Numbered from the stretch's first letter, positions 1 through 9,562 are shown. The stretch is DNA of 64,000 nucleotides from Myxococcota bacterium (GCA_049602155.1 JBMYRH010000002.1:65108-129107); one strand, 5' to 3'. Numbers and translations: made by a program. The notes: generated from the sequence alone by a model not told the origin.

Positions 1-282
1 TCCTCGACCGTGGAGCTCAGCAATGATGTGCTTGAGTTCGTGGACTGGGAGACCTTCGCGCCGCACGTGCAGTATCGAGACATCGACCGCACCGGCTACC
101 TGGCCCTCGATGTCAGCCGCGAGGGCACGGAGGCCGTGTGGCATCACATCGATAATGTCGCCGATATCGAGGCGGTCTCAGAGGTCGCCAAGTCGATGGC
201 CGTGTACGACGGGGTGCCGCACGTGGTGGAGCTAGAGGCCCACCGCGCACCTCGGGCGCTGGCGCCCCCGCTCGCGCCCTGA
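1..282 (+). CDS. C-terminal fragment (continues upstream of the window) of a probable PhoD-like phosphatase or another secreted protein
   Basis: The reading frame is open from base 1 to the TGA at 280-282. The tail ...RDIDRTGYLALDVSREGTEAVWHHIDNVADIEAV...VYDG resembles the C-terminal beta-sandwich of PhoD-family phosphatases. This is weak. Confidence 0.3.
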   Translation, partial: SSTVELSNDVLEFVDWETFAPHVQYRDIDRTGYLALDVSREGTEAVWHHIDNVADIEAVSEVAKSMAVYDGVPHVVELEAHRAPRALAPPLAP

Positions 283-283
283 C

Positions 284-892
284 TCAGGGGACGAGGACCT
301 CAACGCTCTCTATGATCACTGGCACTAACGGAACATCATCGCCGTCCGTGTCGCTCTCCGCGATGGCGTCGATGGTCTCCATGCCGCTCGTCACCACGCC
401 AAAGACGACGTAGCCAGGCTCGGCGTCGCTCACGTAGTCCAAGGCCGTGTTGTCGACGTGGTTGACGAAGAACTGGCTCGTCGCGCTGTCGGGATCGCTG
501 GTCCGGGCCATGGCGACTGAGCCGCGCACGTTGAGGAGCCCGTTGGGGCCCTCGTGAGCCACAGGATCGTGGTAGACGAGCTTCTTTTTGCCGTCTGTGC
601 GCATCCCGCCGCCTTGCACCATGAACCCGGCGATCACACGGTGGAATGTCGTCTTCGGCAGCCCATCACGTCCGTCGTAATGGCCTTCGTTCACGTAGCG
701 CGAGAAGTTCGCGACCGTCAGCGGGGCGGCCTCGGCGTTCAGCGCGAGAGTGAACTGACCAAGGGTCGTGGTGAACTGGACGCTTTGGACCAAGACGACG
801 CTCTCGTCACGCGTCGCAGGGGCCTCGTCGCACCCCGAGGCCGTCCAGAGCAGGAGCCCGATTAACGCACAGCAGAGCACCCTCATCTTCAC
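284..892 (-). CDS. Cyclophilin-type peptidyl-prolyl cis-trans isomerase, lipoprotein
   Basis: It has the cyclophilin core HRVIAGFMVQGGG...NGSQFFV-like segments (SQFFVNHVDN). The N-terminal lipobox signal is LLLWTASGCDE. It starts with GTG. Confidence 0.85.
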   Translation of the reverse strand: MKMRVLCCALIGLLLWTASGCDEAPATRDESVVLVQSVQFTTTLGQFTLALNAEAAPLTVANFSRYVNEGHYDGRDGLPKTTFHRVIAGFMVQGGGMRTDGKKKLVYHDPVAHEGPNGLLNVRGSVAMARTSDPDSATSQFFVNHVDNTALDYVSDAEPGYVVFGVVTSGMETIDAIAESDTDGDDVPLVPVIIESVEVLVP

Positions 893-969
893 TTCCTGAG
901 TCCACGGTCATGCACAGGCTAAAGTTCTCGTTGGCGGCGTCAACAGTGACGCGCCACGAGCGCCCCTTA

Positions 970-1347
970 TCACCCTGCGAGTCGCCCGATGCGGTCGCCC
1001 GCCCACACGGCGATAAGCCCCGCGACGTTGGTGACCGAGACGTAGACGAGCGCGGCACCCCAGCGCCCTTGGCTGATGAGCCCGAGGGCGTCGGCTCCGA
1101 AGCTTGAGAACGTCGTGAACCCACCGAGTCCCCCGACCACGATGGCGAGCCGGACCTCGTCGCGGCCCCACCAGGGTCCCGCGAGCAGGACACCGAGCAC
1201 GCCTATCAAGAGGCAGCCCACGACGTTGACCGTCAGAGTACCGAAGGGGAACCCTGGGCCGAGCTTGGCGCCCATCATCAGCGAGACACCGTAGCGCAAC
1301 ACGCTGCCCACTGCGCCACCAAGCATCACGCCGATCCAGACGCTCAC
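970..1347 (-). CDS. crcB: Fluoride ion channel CrcB/FluC
   Basis: The 125 aa protein has four TM segments and the CrcB signature GGxxGSxLRY...GTLxVNxxG...GGFTTFSSF. Its 4-nt end overlaps the downstream phosphatase gene. Confidence 0.85.
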   Translation of the reverse strand: MSVWIGVMLGGAVGSVLRYGVSLMMGAKLGPGFPFGTLTVNVVGCLLIGVLGVLLAGPWWGRDEVRLAIVVGGLGGFTTFSSFGADALGLISQGRWGAALVYVSVTNVAGLIAVWAGDRIGRLAG

Positions 1348-2825
1348 GCTGGCTCCTGGGTCAGCGTCGTCTCGAAGACGACCTCGCCGGTGGCTGCGTC
1401 GAGGAAGCGCACGTGCACCGTGTCCGCGACGGGATCAAAGGTGATGAAGGTCGCCTTACGGCTCGCGTCTGCGTACAGGAATTGGTCTCCTGGGAGATAC
1501 GCCTCGGCCTCCTCGGGCTGAAGCTCTGCGAGCCCGGGGATCGGGTTGCCGAATTGCGGCCCGCCGGGGCCGACCATGATCTCCCAGTTGCGCCGCATCG
1601 GCCCCTCGATATCGACACGGTTGACCGTCCCGACGTGCAGGTCACCCGCGATGAACCAGACATTGTCGAGGGGGGCGATCGCGTCGACGAGCTGCTGCCG
1701 TTGTGACCAGTAGCCCTTCCACCAGTCGCTGCCCGCCCCCCAGAGCTCTGGGAGGTTACTGAAGGGCACCGAGGTCATCACGGCCTTGAAGTGACACGGG
1801 CTCTCGGCGAGGGACTGGGTCAACCACGCGAGCTGCTCGCGTGAGATGTAGATGGCGTCGTCGGTCAGCCGCGTCTCTGGGATACGCTCAGTGCGACAGT
1901 CGAGGACAAAGAGCTCGACGCTGTCGCCCCACCGGTAGCTGTCCCAGAAGCGATCGCCATCTCGGGGGACGGCGAGGTGCTCGAACCAGGCGTCCCGGCC
2001 GGCGTCATAGTGCTCAGGGTCCATCTCGGAGCGCACCGCGTTGTTTGAGATCTCATGGTCGTCGAGGGTGGCGTAGAAGGCACCCCGCCGCATCACGGCT
2101 TGGTAGCCTGGGTCGCGCAGGGTGTCTCGCCACATCCCACGGTACCCTTCTCGCGTGGAGACGTCGTCGTAGTAGCCCATGTCGCCGAGCTGCAAGAAGG
2201 CGTCGTAGGGGTGCTCAGCGGTCCGCAGGAGCGCCTCGTAAGGCATGTGGACGTATTTGGTGCAGGCCGTGGCGGCGAAGGTCACAGGGCTCAGGTCCCC
2301 AGGTGCCCATGCGGTCGTGAAGGTCGCGATGGCCGAGCGGCCAGTCCACGATGCGTCGTCTCCCTCAAGGAGCGCCGCGCCGTAGTGGGTCCCGGGGCTA
2401 AGGCCCTCGATGACCGCCTTCATGTAACCATCCTCGGGGGTCAGCACCTCGTCGATCACGATGGTACGCGCGTCGAGGTCCTCGGGGCTCATCGTCTCCC
2501 AGACGCGCAGCCGCTTCGGGGCGTCGTCCGCTGTGAAGGTCGCGATGATGCCTTCATCGGCGCGCACGGCGCCCACATGGAGGCCCAGGCTAAAGGGCTC
2601 ATCGCGCTCCAGCAGTGCGGTAGGGGACCAGACAGCCTCGGCTGATGCGGCGTCGATAGCGCCGCCATCCAGGCTGCCGCCTGCGTCGAGGTCCGACTGA
2701 GGGGCGCTGCCCGCCGTGTCCTTGCAGCTCGCCATGAAGATGGGGACGCTCGCCAAGCCCATTTTGAGCAGCTGACGTCGGTTCCACATGCGAGGTCTTA
2801 GGCCTGTCTTCTCGTCCATGAACAC
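1344..2825 (-). CDS. PhoD-like alkaline phosphatase/phosphodiesterase (Tat-type signal)
   Basis: There is a twin-arginine-like motif MWNRRQLLKMG. The metallophosphatase/PhoD motifs FLQLGDMGYYDD and LDDHEISNN are present, as is a C-terminal PhoD-like beta domain. The true start may be Met13. Confidence 0.7.
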   Translation of the reverse strand: MFMDEKTGLRPRMWNRRQLLKMGLASVPIFMASCKDTAGSAPQSDLDAGGSLDGGAIDAASAEAVWSPTALLERDEPFSLGLHVGAVRADEGIIATFTADDAPKRLRVWETMSPEDLDARTIVIDEVLTPEDGYMKAVIEGLSPGTHYGAALLEGDDASWTGRSAIATFTTAWAPGDLSPVTFAATACTKYVHMPYEALLRTAEHPYDAFLQLGDMGYYDDVSTREGYRGMWRDTLRDPGYQAVMRRGAFYATLDDHEISNNAVRSEMDPEHYDAGRDAWFEHLAVPRDGDRFWDSYRWGDSVELFVLDCRTERIPETRLTDDAIYISREQLAWLTQSLAESPCHFKAVMTSVPFSNLPELWGAGSDWWKGYWSQRQQLVDAIAPLDNVWFIAGDLHVGTVNRVDIEGPMRRNWEIMVGPGGPQFGNPIPGLAELQPEEAEAYLPGDQFLYADASRKATFITFDPVADTVHVRFLDAATGEVVFETTLTQEPA

Positions 2826-2951
2826 CCCTCGATGACACCCGGCTGTATAGCCTTCGGCAGGCCTTGTGTCACGGGGACGTCGAGGTAGAGTTTCCTTGAC
2901 TCAGAGGGGTCTGAAGCGCACGGTGCAGCCGAACAAAGACTGGATGAATAC

Positions 2952-4436
2952 TTGAAATTTCAGGACATGAACCTTCCGGCGCCCCTGCTTCGCGCCGTTG
3001 AAGACCTCGGCTTCGAGACCCCCACAGCCATTCAAGCGAAAGCCCTCCCCGTACTCTTGGGGGGCAGCGACCTCGCCGGCCAGGCACAGACTGGTACCGG
3101 CAAGACAGCGTGCTTCCTCTTGGCGGCGATGACCCGCCTGACGGAGAGCAACCGCCCGAAAAACGGCGCACCCCGGTGTCTCATCGTGGCCCCAACGCGC
3201 GAGCTGGCGATTCAAATCGCCGAAGACGCCCGTGGCCTCAGCGTGCACAGCGACTTTGGTGTCGTGACCTGCTACGGCGGGACCGGCTGGGAGGCTCAGG
3301 CCCGCGCCGTACAGGCCGGCTGTGACATCGTCGTGGGCACGCCAGGCCGCCTCATCGATTACTGCCGAAAGGGCGTGTTGTCCCTTGATCGCATCGAGGT
3401 CTTCGTCCTCGACGAGGCCGACCGCATGTTCGACATGGGGTTCATCAAGGACATCAACTACCTCTTCAGCAAGGTGCCGCCGAAGGGACGCCGTCAAGCG
3501 CTCCTCTTCTCGGCCACGCTCAGTCAGTCCGTGATGCGCCTCGCTTGGCGTTACATGGTCGACCCTGTCGAGATCAACATCGAGCCCGACAAGGTCGCGC
3601 ACGAGAACATCGCGCAGTCGCTCTACCACGTGTCCAGCCGCGAGAAGTTGCCGCTGTTGCTCGGGTTGCTCGAGCGCGAGAAGCCGAGCCGTGCGATGCT
3701 CTTCGTGAACATGAAGCGCACCGGGGAAGAGCTGTGCTGGCGCCTCAACCAGAACGGGTATCAGGCGGTCTACATCTCTGGCGACATCTCGCAGAAGAAG
3801 CGCCAGCGCATCATTGAGGCCCTCAAAGAGGGGATCATTCAGTACCTGGTGGCGACCGATGTGGCGAGCCGCGGGATTCACTGTGATGACGTCAGCCATG
3901 TCTTCAACTGGGACATCCCAGAGGACGCGGAGGACTATGTTCACCGTATCGGCCGCACGGCGCGCGCGGGGGCTAGCGGCACCGCGATTACGCTCGCCTG
4001 TGAGAACTACGTCATCGGCCTCCCGGCCGTTGAGAAATACATGGGCCTGAAGATCCCCGTGGTGCACGTCGAGGACGAGCATATGGGGGTCGACAAGTCA
4101 GGGTACTTCCGCCGCCGCAGGGGCAACACCTACTGCGGTTGGCCGCTGGGTGCCGACATGAGTGAGCAGGACCGCTTCGACGTGGGCCCTGACGCCGGAC
4201 GTGATGATAACCGTGGCGGCGGTCGCGGACGCGGTCGCAGCGGTGGCGGTGGTCGCAGCGGTGGCGGTGGCCGAGGTCGCAGTGGCGGTGGTCGCGGCGG
4301 ACGCGATGATCGGCCTAACCGCAGCGATAGGCCCCGGCGCTCAGAGTCCAGTAAGCCGTCGTCGGCGCCCTCAAGCTCGGCCCCGAAGCCGAAGCGTAAG
4401 CGCGTCCGTCGTCGCATCGGCGAGGGCCAGGACTAG
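2952..4436 (+). CDS. rhlB: DEAD-box ATP-dependent RNA helicase, RhlB-like, with a C-terminal RGG/RS-rich tail
   Basis: The Q-motif and motif I read PTAIQ...AGQAQTGTGKT, which is the RhlB-type motif I. The motifs DEAD (VLDEADRMFDMGF), SAT and HRIGRTARAG are present. The C-terminal tail is GGGRGRGRSGGGGRSGGGGRGRSGGGRGG. It uses a TTG start; an ATG lies 5 codons downstream. Confidence 0.8.
   Translation: MKFQDMNLPAPLLRAVEDLGFETPTAIQAKALPVLLGGSDLAGQAQTGTGKTACFLLAAMTRLTESNRPKNGAPRCLIVAPTRELAIQIAEDARGLSVHSDFGVVTCYGGTGWEAQARAVQAGCDIVVGTPGRLIDYCRKGVLSLDRIEVFVLDEADRMFDMGFIKDINYLFSKVPPKGRRQALLFSATLSQSVMRLAWRYMVDPVEINIEPDKVAHENIAQSLYHVSSREKLPLLLGLLEREKPSRAMLFVNMKRTGEELCWRLNQNGYQAVYISGDISQKKRQRIIEALKEGIIQYLVATDVASRGIHCDDVSHVFNWDIPEDAEDYVHRIGRTARAGASGTAITLACENYVIGLPAVEKYMGLKIPVVHVEDEHMGVDKSGYFRRRRGNTYCGWPLGADMSEQDRFDVGPDAGRDDNRGGGRGRGRSGGGGRSGGGGRGRSGGGRGGRDDRPNRSDRPRRSESSKPSSAPSSSAPKPKRKRVRRRIGEGQD
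4212..4350 (+). repeat. Imperfect tandem short repeats encoding the RGG/GGRS low-complexity tail of the helicase
   Basis: The DNA shows ggtggcggtggtcgcagcggtggcggtggccgaggtcgcagtggcggtggtcgcggcgg-type reiteration. Confidence 0.5.
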
Positions 4437-4453
4437 CAGGGCGAGAGGCCACT

Positions 4454-5929
4454 TCAGCGGAGTACACGTCGACTCGGTAGAGCATCTGCGAGGCCGATAA
4501 GGAGCCCCGTCGCGATCAAGGGTCCGAGGGCCCCTGCGGCGACGAAGAGCGCCTCAAGGCCGCTGACGCTCTGGTGCAAATTCAGCGCCTGAGCCGTCGT
4601 GAGCAAGAAGTCTGCGCCAGTCGCCCCTGCGAGGAGCAAGGCGAGCGGTCTTGCACCGCGCTTGCCCCAATGCACGAGCGCCCCCAAGGCGGTGAGCGCG
4701 ACGACCATGGCGGTGTCAAACGCGACCCAGGCCGATTGAATGCTCGGGTCGCCGAACCAGCGCTCCCCGTCGGCGCTCGCCAGCAACAGCGTCCATGGCA
4801 CGAGCAGCGCTGCCAAGAGCCACAGCGTCGCCGACCAGCGTTGTGGTGGGACCTGCGCCCCCCAACGTCGGAGAGAGTCGAGCCCGAAGGCTAAAAGTCC
4901 CCCTCCAGAGAAGGCCTGAAGGACAGCGTGGATGGCCCCAACCTCTAACGGCTTAGGGCTGCTCACCAGGAGCTGCGTGCGCCATCGATCTGGCTTGAAG
5001 CGCGCCTTGAAGTCACGCACCCCCTGGAAGTTATAGAGGCCCCCTAAGTGGTCATGAGCCCACTTGAGCCCACGGCGCAGGCGGCGATGAGGCCCGGGCC
5101 CGGTGTCCACCTCGGCCAGGGGGGACAGCCCCAGGGTCACGAATTGGTCTCCTCGGCTCGCTGCGTCGCGCATGGCGGTGTCGATGAGGAGCTCGACGGT
5201 CCCGTTTGGGGCCTCGGGGACGCGGAGGACGTCCTCGAAGAACCAGCCGCTGCGTTGGTAGACAGGGATCGCGGAGAGGAACCCTACGGCGCGCCCGTTA
5301 TGCTCGGCGATGTAGTAGCGCCGCTCGGCAGCCTGGTGAAAGGGCTGGAGGTCCACCAGGAATGCCATGGCGCTCATCCTGCGGCTGGCCAGCCAGCGTT
5401 GAAGGACGGTCTCAATCTCTGCGCGCACTGGTCCAGGGGCGTGGGCGATCTCGTCCTCGCTCACGGTGCGCACCTCGACCCCCTTGTTGCGGGCTCGGTG
5501 GAGTTGGGCTCTGAGGCTCGCGCGGTCGGAGCCCTCGGTCGTGTAGCGAGCCGGGTCCCACTCGGGCTGTTCGCCGATCGCGACGCTGTCGACCGGAGGT
5601 GAACCCTCGCGGCGGGACAGCGCGTCGACGAAGTCTTGATCTGCGGAGAAGAAGAGGGTGCGTTGGCCGGCGGCGATCCCCTCGGCGATGAACCTGCCCG
5701 CCACGGCCGCCGTGGACTCTGGCGGCGCGATTGGGACCCCCGCCGCGACCCGGTATCGCCCGCACTCTCGATAAGCGACGACGGCGCCGGGCGACGGCAC
5801 CTCGGGGTCGAACCAGTACAGGTTGCCCTCTTCAAGGATCTGAAACGATGTGGGGTGCTCACCCCAGGCCTTCAGGGCCGCCAATACCCGCTCAGTCTCC
5901 TCACCCATCACTCGCACTGGATTTGCCAA
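4454..5929 (-). CDS. Membrane protein with an N-terminal DUF2156 (MprF/LysX C-terminal aminoacyl-phosphatidylglycerol synthase-like) domain and a C-terminal 4-TM domain
   Basis: The DUF2156 hallmarks are FFEDVLRVPEAPNGTVELLID...LGLSPL...GLYNFQGVRDFKARFKPDRW. These are followed by four hydrophobic helices. The domain order is reversed relative to MprF. Confidence 0.55.
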   Translation of the reverse strand: MANPVRVMGEETERVLAALKAWGEHPTSFQILEEGNLYWFDPEVPSPGAVVAYRECGRYRVAAGVPIAPPESTAAVAGRFIAEGIAAGQRTLFFSADQDFVDALSRREGSPPVDSVAIGEQPEWDPARYTTEGSDRASLRAQLHRARNKGVEVRTVSEDEIAHAPGPVRAEIETVLQRWLASRRMSAMAFLVDLQPFHQAAERRYYIAEHNGRAVGFLSAIPVYQRSGWFFEDVLRVPEAPNGTVELLIDTAMRDAASRGDQFVTLGLSPLAEVDTGPGPHRRLRRGLKWAHDHLGGLYNFQGVRDFKARFKPDRWRTQLLVSSPKPLEVGAIHAVLQAFSGGGLLAFGLDSLRRWGAQVPPQRWSATLWLLAALLVPWTLLLASADGERWFGDPSIQSAWVAFDTAMVVALTALGALVHWGKRGARPLALLLAGATGADFLLTTAQALNLHQSVSGLEALFVAAGALGPLIATGLLIGLADALPSRRVLR

Positions 5930-7086
5930 ATCGGGGGCTCTTTACCCTCGGAGACATGCCAGTAGCCGACCTCGTCGTAGGCGACCGCCTCTCCTTGTCC
6001 CTCATTGGCGACAGGGACGTTCTTGGTGGTCGCCCAAGGGAGCTCGGAGAGCGTCTCATCGGGCCCGAGCTGGTACTCGAATGCGGCCCCGTAGGTGCGC
6101 ACTAAGAGCCGATTCTTGGAGATGGAGAAGCTCGCCGCAGTGACCAGCGCCACGGTGCCGCCGACGTCTGAGATGTCATGTTCGCTGAGGAACTGCATCG
6201 GGACGAGCTCGGCTCCAGGGAGAAAGGGGCTGCCGTAGAGTCGAAAGACGGTGTCGCTCCACTCTTTACTCAGGAGGTAGACATAGCCATTGCTGTCCAC
6301 GATGAGCGCCTCACAGTCCCTCGGACCATCCGGATACACCACAGTCATCGTGTCGTAGTCCTCGCGGGCGACGGTGTGGTCACCGAGGCTCACGTCGGGC
6401 TCTGGGACGCGGTGAATCTTCAGGTAGGTGCGGGCCTTATTATTATCGCCGATATCACCCACGTAGAGGCAGCTTGATTCGGGAGCCCCCGCCTCGCACG
6501 GGCCTTGCGCCATGTCCTCCCAATCGTAAGCGTAGGTCTCCTCAAGCGTGACGGTGGCGAGCCGCTCTCCCGACGCCTCCAACGCGTAGATACGCGCCTT
6601 GTCACCTGAATCGTTGTGCAGCCAGAGGACCCCCGGCTGTGTCCGGCTGATGGCCATTCCCGAGGCCTCCGTCACCGTGGGGGGCAGGGTCCCGGTGACC
6701 TGAGGGCTACTGTAACTCTGGCAAGAGGGCGCCTCGGTGTCATCGAGCCCATCCTCAAGCGTTGTATCCGAGGGGCCGATGTCCTCTGAGGAGACCAGCG
6801 TGTCCTCACTGGATGTCGGGGCTCCATCGTCGTTGCCGCGACCGTGAGCAGCATCGTCGACCATCACGTCGATGGGGGGGGCGATCACCTCCGCGCTGTC
6901 GCGGGGCTCAGCCGCGGTGTCCGCGCTGACGTCTGGTGCAGGCTGAGCATTGTCACTGGCGACATCACTGGCGTCCGCGGTCTCGACATCAGGCTCTAGC
7001 GCGGTGCTTGAGCACCCACCAAGCACGAGCACCGCCAGCACCCATCGATGTCTCCCTATCGTGCTCACACGGTCCTTGAATGCCAC
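5908..7086 (-). CDS. Secreted lipoprotein, probable beta-propeller (phytase-like/SdiA-regulated-like) domain
   Basis: It has a lipobox (VLGGCSS) and an acidic low-complexity linker. Its propeller-like motifs are VLWLHNDSGD, YVGDIGDNN and GEAVAYDEVGYWHVSEG. Confidence 0.4.
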   Translation of the reverse strand: MAFKDRVSTIGRHRWVLAVLVLGGCSSTALEPDVETADASDVASDNAQPAPDVSADTAAEPRDSAEVIAPPIDVMVDDAAHGRGNDDGAPTSSEDTLVSSEDIGPSDTTLEDGLDDTEAPSCQSYSSPQVTGTLPPTVTEASGMAISRTQPGVLWLHNDSGDKARIYALEASGERLATVTLEETYAYDWEDMAQGPCEAGAPESSCLYVGDIGDNNKARTYLKIHRVPEPDVSLGDHTVAREDYDTMTVVYPDGPRDCEALIVDSNGYVYLLSKEWSDTVFRLYGSPFLPGAELVPMQFLSEHDISDVGGTVALVTAASFSISKNRLLVRTYGAAFEYQLGPDETLSELPWATTKNVPVANEGQGEAVAYDEVGYWHVSEGKEPPIWQIQCE

Positions 7087-7184
7087 TTAAGGCGCCACAG
7101 AGTGACTTAATTAGTCGGGACAGAGGCGCTCGTGTCAATGCGGGACAGGTGCGCTGGAGTTCAGCGCGCGGAGGCTACTGCGGG

Positions 7185-9470
7185 TCAGCTGGCGCTGAGC
7201 TCAGCCAAGTCGTCGGCGTCGGAGGGCTGCAAGGAGGTGAAGGTGAGCTCGGCGAGCCAGCGCTGCCCTACCTCAGCGGGCGGGGTGACCTGCCCGACGA
7301 TGGCGTAGGCGTCCGAGGAGAATCGGCCGCCACCCAAGTCCACCTGCAGCATGATCTTGGTCAACATGGGGAGCTCGACGTCGATCTCGATGGTGGCCCC
7401 TGTGGCGCCGAGGTCCAAGGTCATCGCCTCGATTGCGGTGGTCGCGATCTCGTAACCGTGGATCAGGTGGACCTTCACCGGGCGCTCGACGCGCTTGCGC
7501 CGACGGTGGAGCGCTTTGGGCACGTAAGAGGGCTCGGAGCCCGCCATCCCTTTGAGCTCGAAGACTGCCAGTGGACGAGAGATCCCCTTGACCCTCACGA
7601 GCCGCGGGCCAATGCAGTCGACATCGTCGCCGAGGAGGCTTCGCGTGCCCTCACTGATCAAGATTTGGCCGCCCGTGGTCAGGCCCTCCAGGCGCGCTGT
7701 CAGGTTCACGGCGGCTCCGATGACGCCATACTTCGCGGCGCGCTCGCTCCCGATATTGCCAGCGATGACCTCGCCGCTGTTGACGCCGATCCCCATCTCT
7801 AGGCGTGGATAGCCCAGGGCCGCGCTGCGGTCGTTAAACTCCACCATGGCCTGCTGCATCGCGATGGCACAGCGGACGGCGCGCTCGCTGTCATCCTCGT
7901 GCTTAAACGGTGCACCGAAGGCCACAAAGATCGCGTCGCCGATGAACTCGATGATCGTCCCGCCGAAGGTATGAATCACCTCGGTCATCGTTCCCAAGTA
8001 GCGGTTGAGCAGGGTGACCATCTCACCTGGTGAGAGGCGCTCACTGAGGATCGTGTAGCCCCTGAGGTCGCTCATGAGCAGGGTGACGCTCGAGAGCTGT
8101 CCCCCGAGGGCGAGGCTCTCGGGGTTCTCGATAAAGCGGCTCGCGAGCTCCGGGTTTACGTAGCGACCGAGCGCATCTCGGATGATGTTACGGTCCCTCA
8201 GGCCAGCGACCATCTCGGCCATAGCGCTGGTCAATTCACCGATCTCATCCGCGTACTCGCCCTCGTCAAAGGTGACGTCGAGGTCTCCCTCACGGACGCG
8301 GTGTGCGCTGTGCGCGAGGCGCCTGATTGGGCGCGCAATGCGGCGACTGACCCCGAAGGCCAAGAGGACGCCGATCAGCAGCACAAGCAGCGAGAGGATG
8401 AGGGCTTGTTGCGTGTTCTGAACGAAGTCACGCTCTAGGACTGTCTCATCGACGACCGCCATCGTGGTCCAGTTCAGACCATGCTCATCTTTGAACGGGG
8501 CGACATCGACCAGATAAGGGCGGTTGGAGGTGGTCATACGGAACCGCCGGGCCGTCTGGATCACGCGGAATGAGCCGAACCGCACCAAGACTTGCTCCGC
8601 GGCGTCGCGGATGATCGGGTTGCTGCTGCCGATCGCCTCCGTGCGCACGAGCTGACCGTGTTCGTCCACGAAGATGGCCTGTTTGTCCGATGAGGCCGCC
8701 ACCATGAGTCCATCGGCGTCGACGATGACCGCGGTCCCGAGCACCTGATCGACGGACTGGCGGAGGATGTCGTCTGCGCCCTTCAAGGCCACATCGGCGC
8801 CAATGACACCGCGCACTTGGCCCCCATCCGTCTTCACGGGCTTCACTGCGGTCATCAGCACCGCGCCTGGGACAGAGGCCGAGGCGTAGACCCCGGTCCA
8901 GCTCGCGTCTTTGGTGGCCATCGCCCGACGAAACCAGGGGCGCTTCGTGGGGTCATAGCCCTGCCTCACCCGCACGAGGTCGGTGCGCTTCCCGTCAGGA
9001 CGCCCTGCGTAGGTCATCACAGCGTCGCGCGTGCGCTCGTCCCGGATCAGGTAGAGGTCCCTCCCTTCGGGGTCTCGCGTCGCGCCGACGAAGCGGCCGT
9101 CGACGCTGCCGTAGGAGAGGTACCGGACGCTTCGATAGTGCTGAAGCCCGTTCCAGAAGACGAGGGCTGCGGCGTCGGCGTCCTTGTCATCTAGGACGCC
9201 GATGCGCAGGCTCAAGTCATAGGTCTCGAGGGCCTGCATCGGATCGTCGAAGTAGGTCCCGAGGCGTTCATGCAGGAGGGCTGTGGTGCTCGACGCATAG
9301 CGCTCGGACATGCTGCGCACGGTCGACTCGCCGAAGGTAAACGAGGTCCACAGCACCGCGACGCTCACCAGTACGGTGAGCAAGACGATAGAGCCCAAGA
9401 TGACGCTGCGAAAGGACGCGCGTCTCCGGCGGCGTATGACCGTCGGTGTGACAGGGGTCTCCCCGATCAT
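7185..9470 (-). CDS. Membrane-bound class III adenylate/guanylate cyclase with a periplasmic sensor, HAMP and a C-terminal PilZ-like domain
   Basis: There are two TM segments flanking a roughly 300 aa periplasmic region and a HAMP-like segment. The CHD cyclase domain reads LMSDLRGYT...FIGDAIFVAFGAP...GIGVNSGEVIAGNIGS. The C-terminal 120 aa carry RRRKRVER ... DLGATG, which resemble the PilZ RxxxR and DxSxxG motifs. Confidence 0.75.
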   Translation of the reverse strand: MIGETPVTPTVIRRRRRASFRSVILGSIVLLTVLVSVAVLWTSFTFGESTVRSMSERYASSTTALLHERLGTYFDDPMQALETYDLSLRIGVLDDKDADAAALVFWNGLQHYRSVRYLSYGSVDGRFVGATRDPEGRDLYLIRDERTRDAVMTYAGRPDGKRTDLVRVRQGYDPTKRPWFRRAMATKDASWTGVYASASVPGAVLMTAVKPVKTDGGQVRGVIGADVALKGADDILRQSVDQVLGTAVIVDADGLMVAASSDKQAIFVDEHGQLVRTEAIGSSNPIIRDAAEQVLVRFGSFRVIQTARRFRMTTSNRPYLVDVAPFKDEHGLNWTTMAVVDETVLERDFVQNTQQALILSLLVLLIGVLLAFGVSRRIARPIRRLAHSAHRVREGDLDVTFDEGEYADEIGELTSAMAEMVAGLRDRNIIRDALGRYVNPELASRFIENPESLALGGQLSSVTLLMSDLRGYTILSERLSPGEMVTLLNRYLGTMTEVIHTFGGTIIEFIGDAIFVAFGAPFKHEDDSERAVRCAIAMQQAMVEFNDRSAALGYPRLEMGIGVNSGEVIAGNIGSERAAKYGVIGAAVNLTARLEGLTTGGQILISEGTRSLLGDDVDCIGPRLVRVKGISRPLAVFELKGMAGSEPSYVPKALHRRRKRVERPVKVHLIHGYEIATTAIEAMTLDLGATGATIEIDVELPMLTKIMLQVDLGGGRFSSDAYAIVGQVTPPAEVGQRWLAELTFTSLQPSDADDLAELSAS

Positions 9471-9562
9471 GGTGGGCGGAGGATAACAGCTTCGACAGCC
9501 ACGAACAGGGCTAGCCCCTACTCAAATGAAATCGGCGTGCATTTTTCAACGCAGTACGTCGG

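Noticed and set aside
2901-4082. A 393-aa minus-strand ORF antisense to the DEAD-box helicase gene.
   Set aside because: It is a typical high-GC shadow ORF. It has no recognisable motifs and a Pro/Arg/Ala-rich composition, while the plus-strand helicase motifs are unambiguous.
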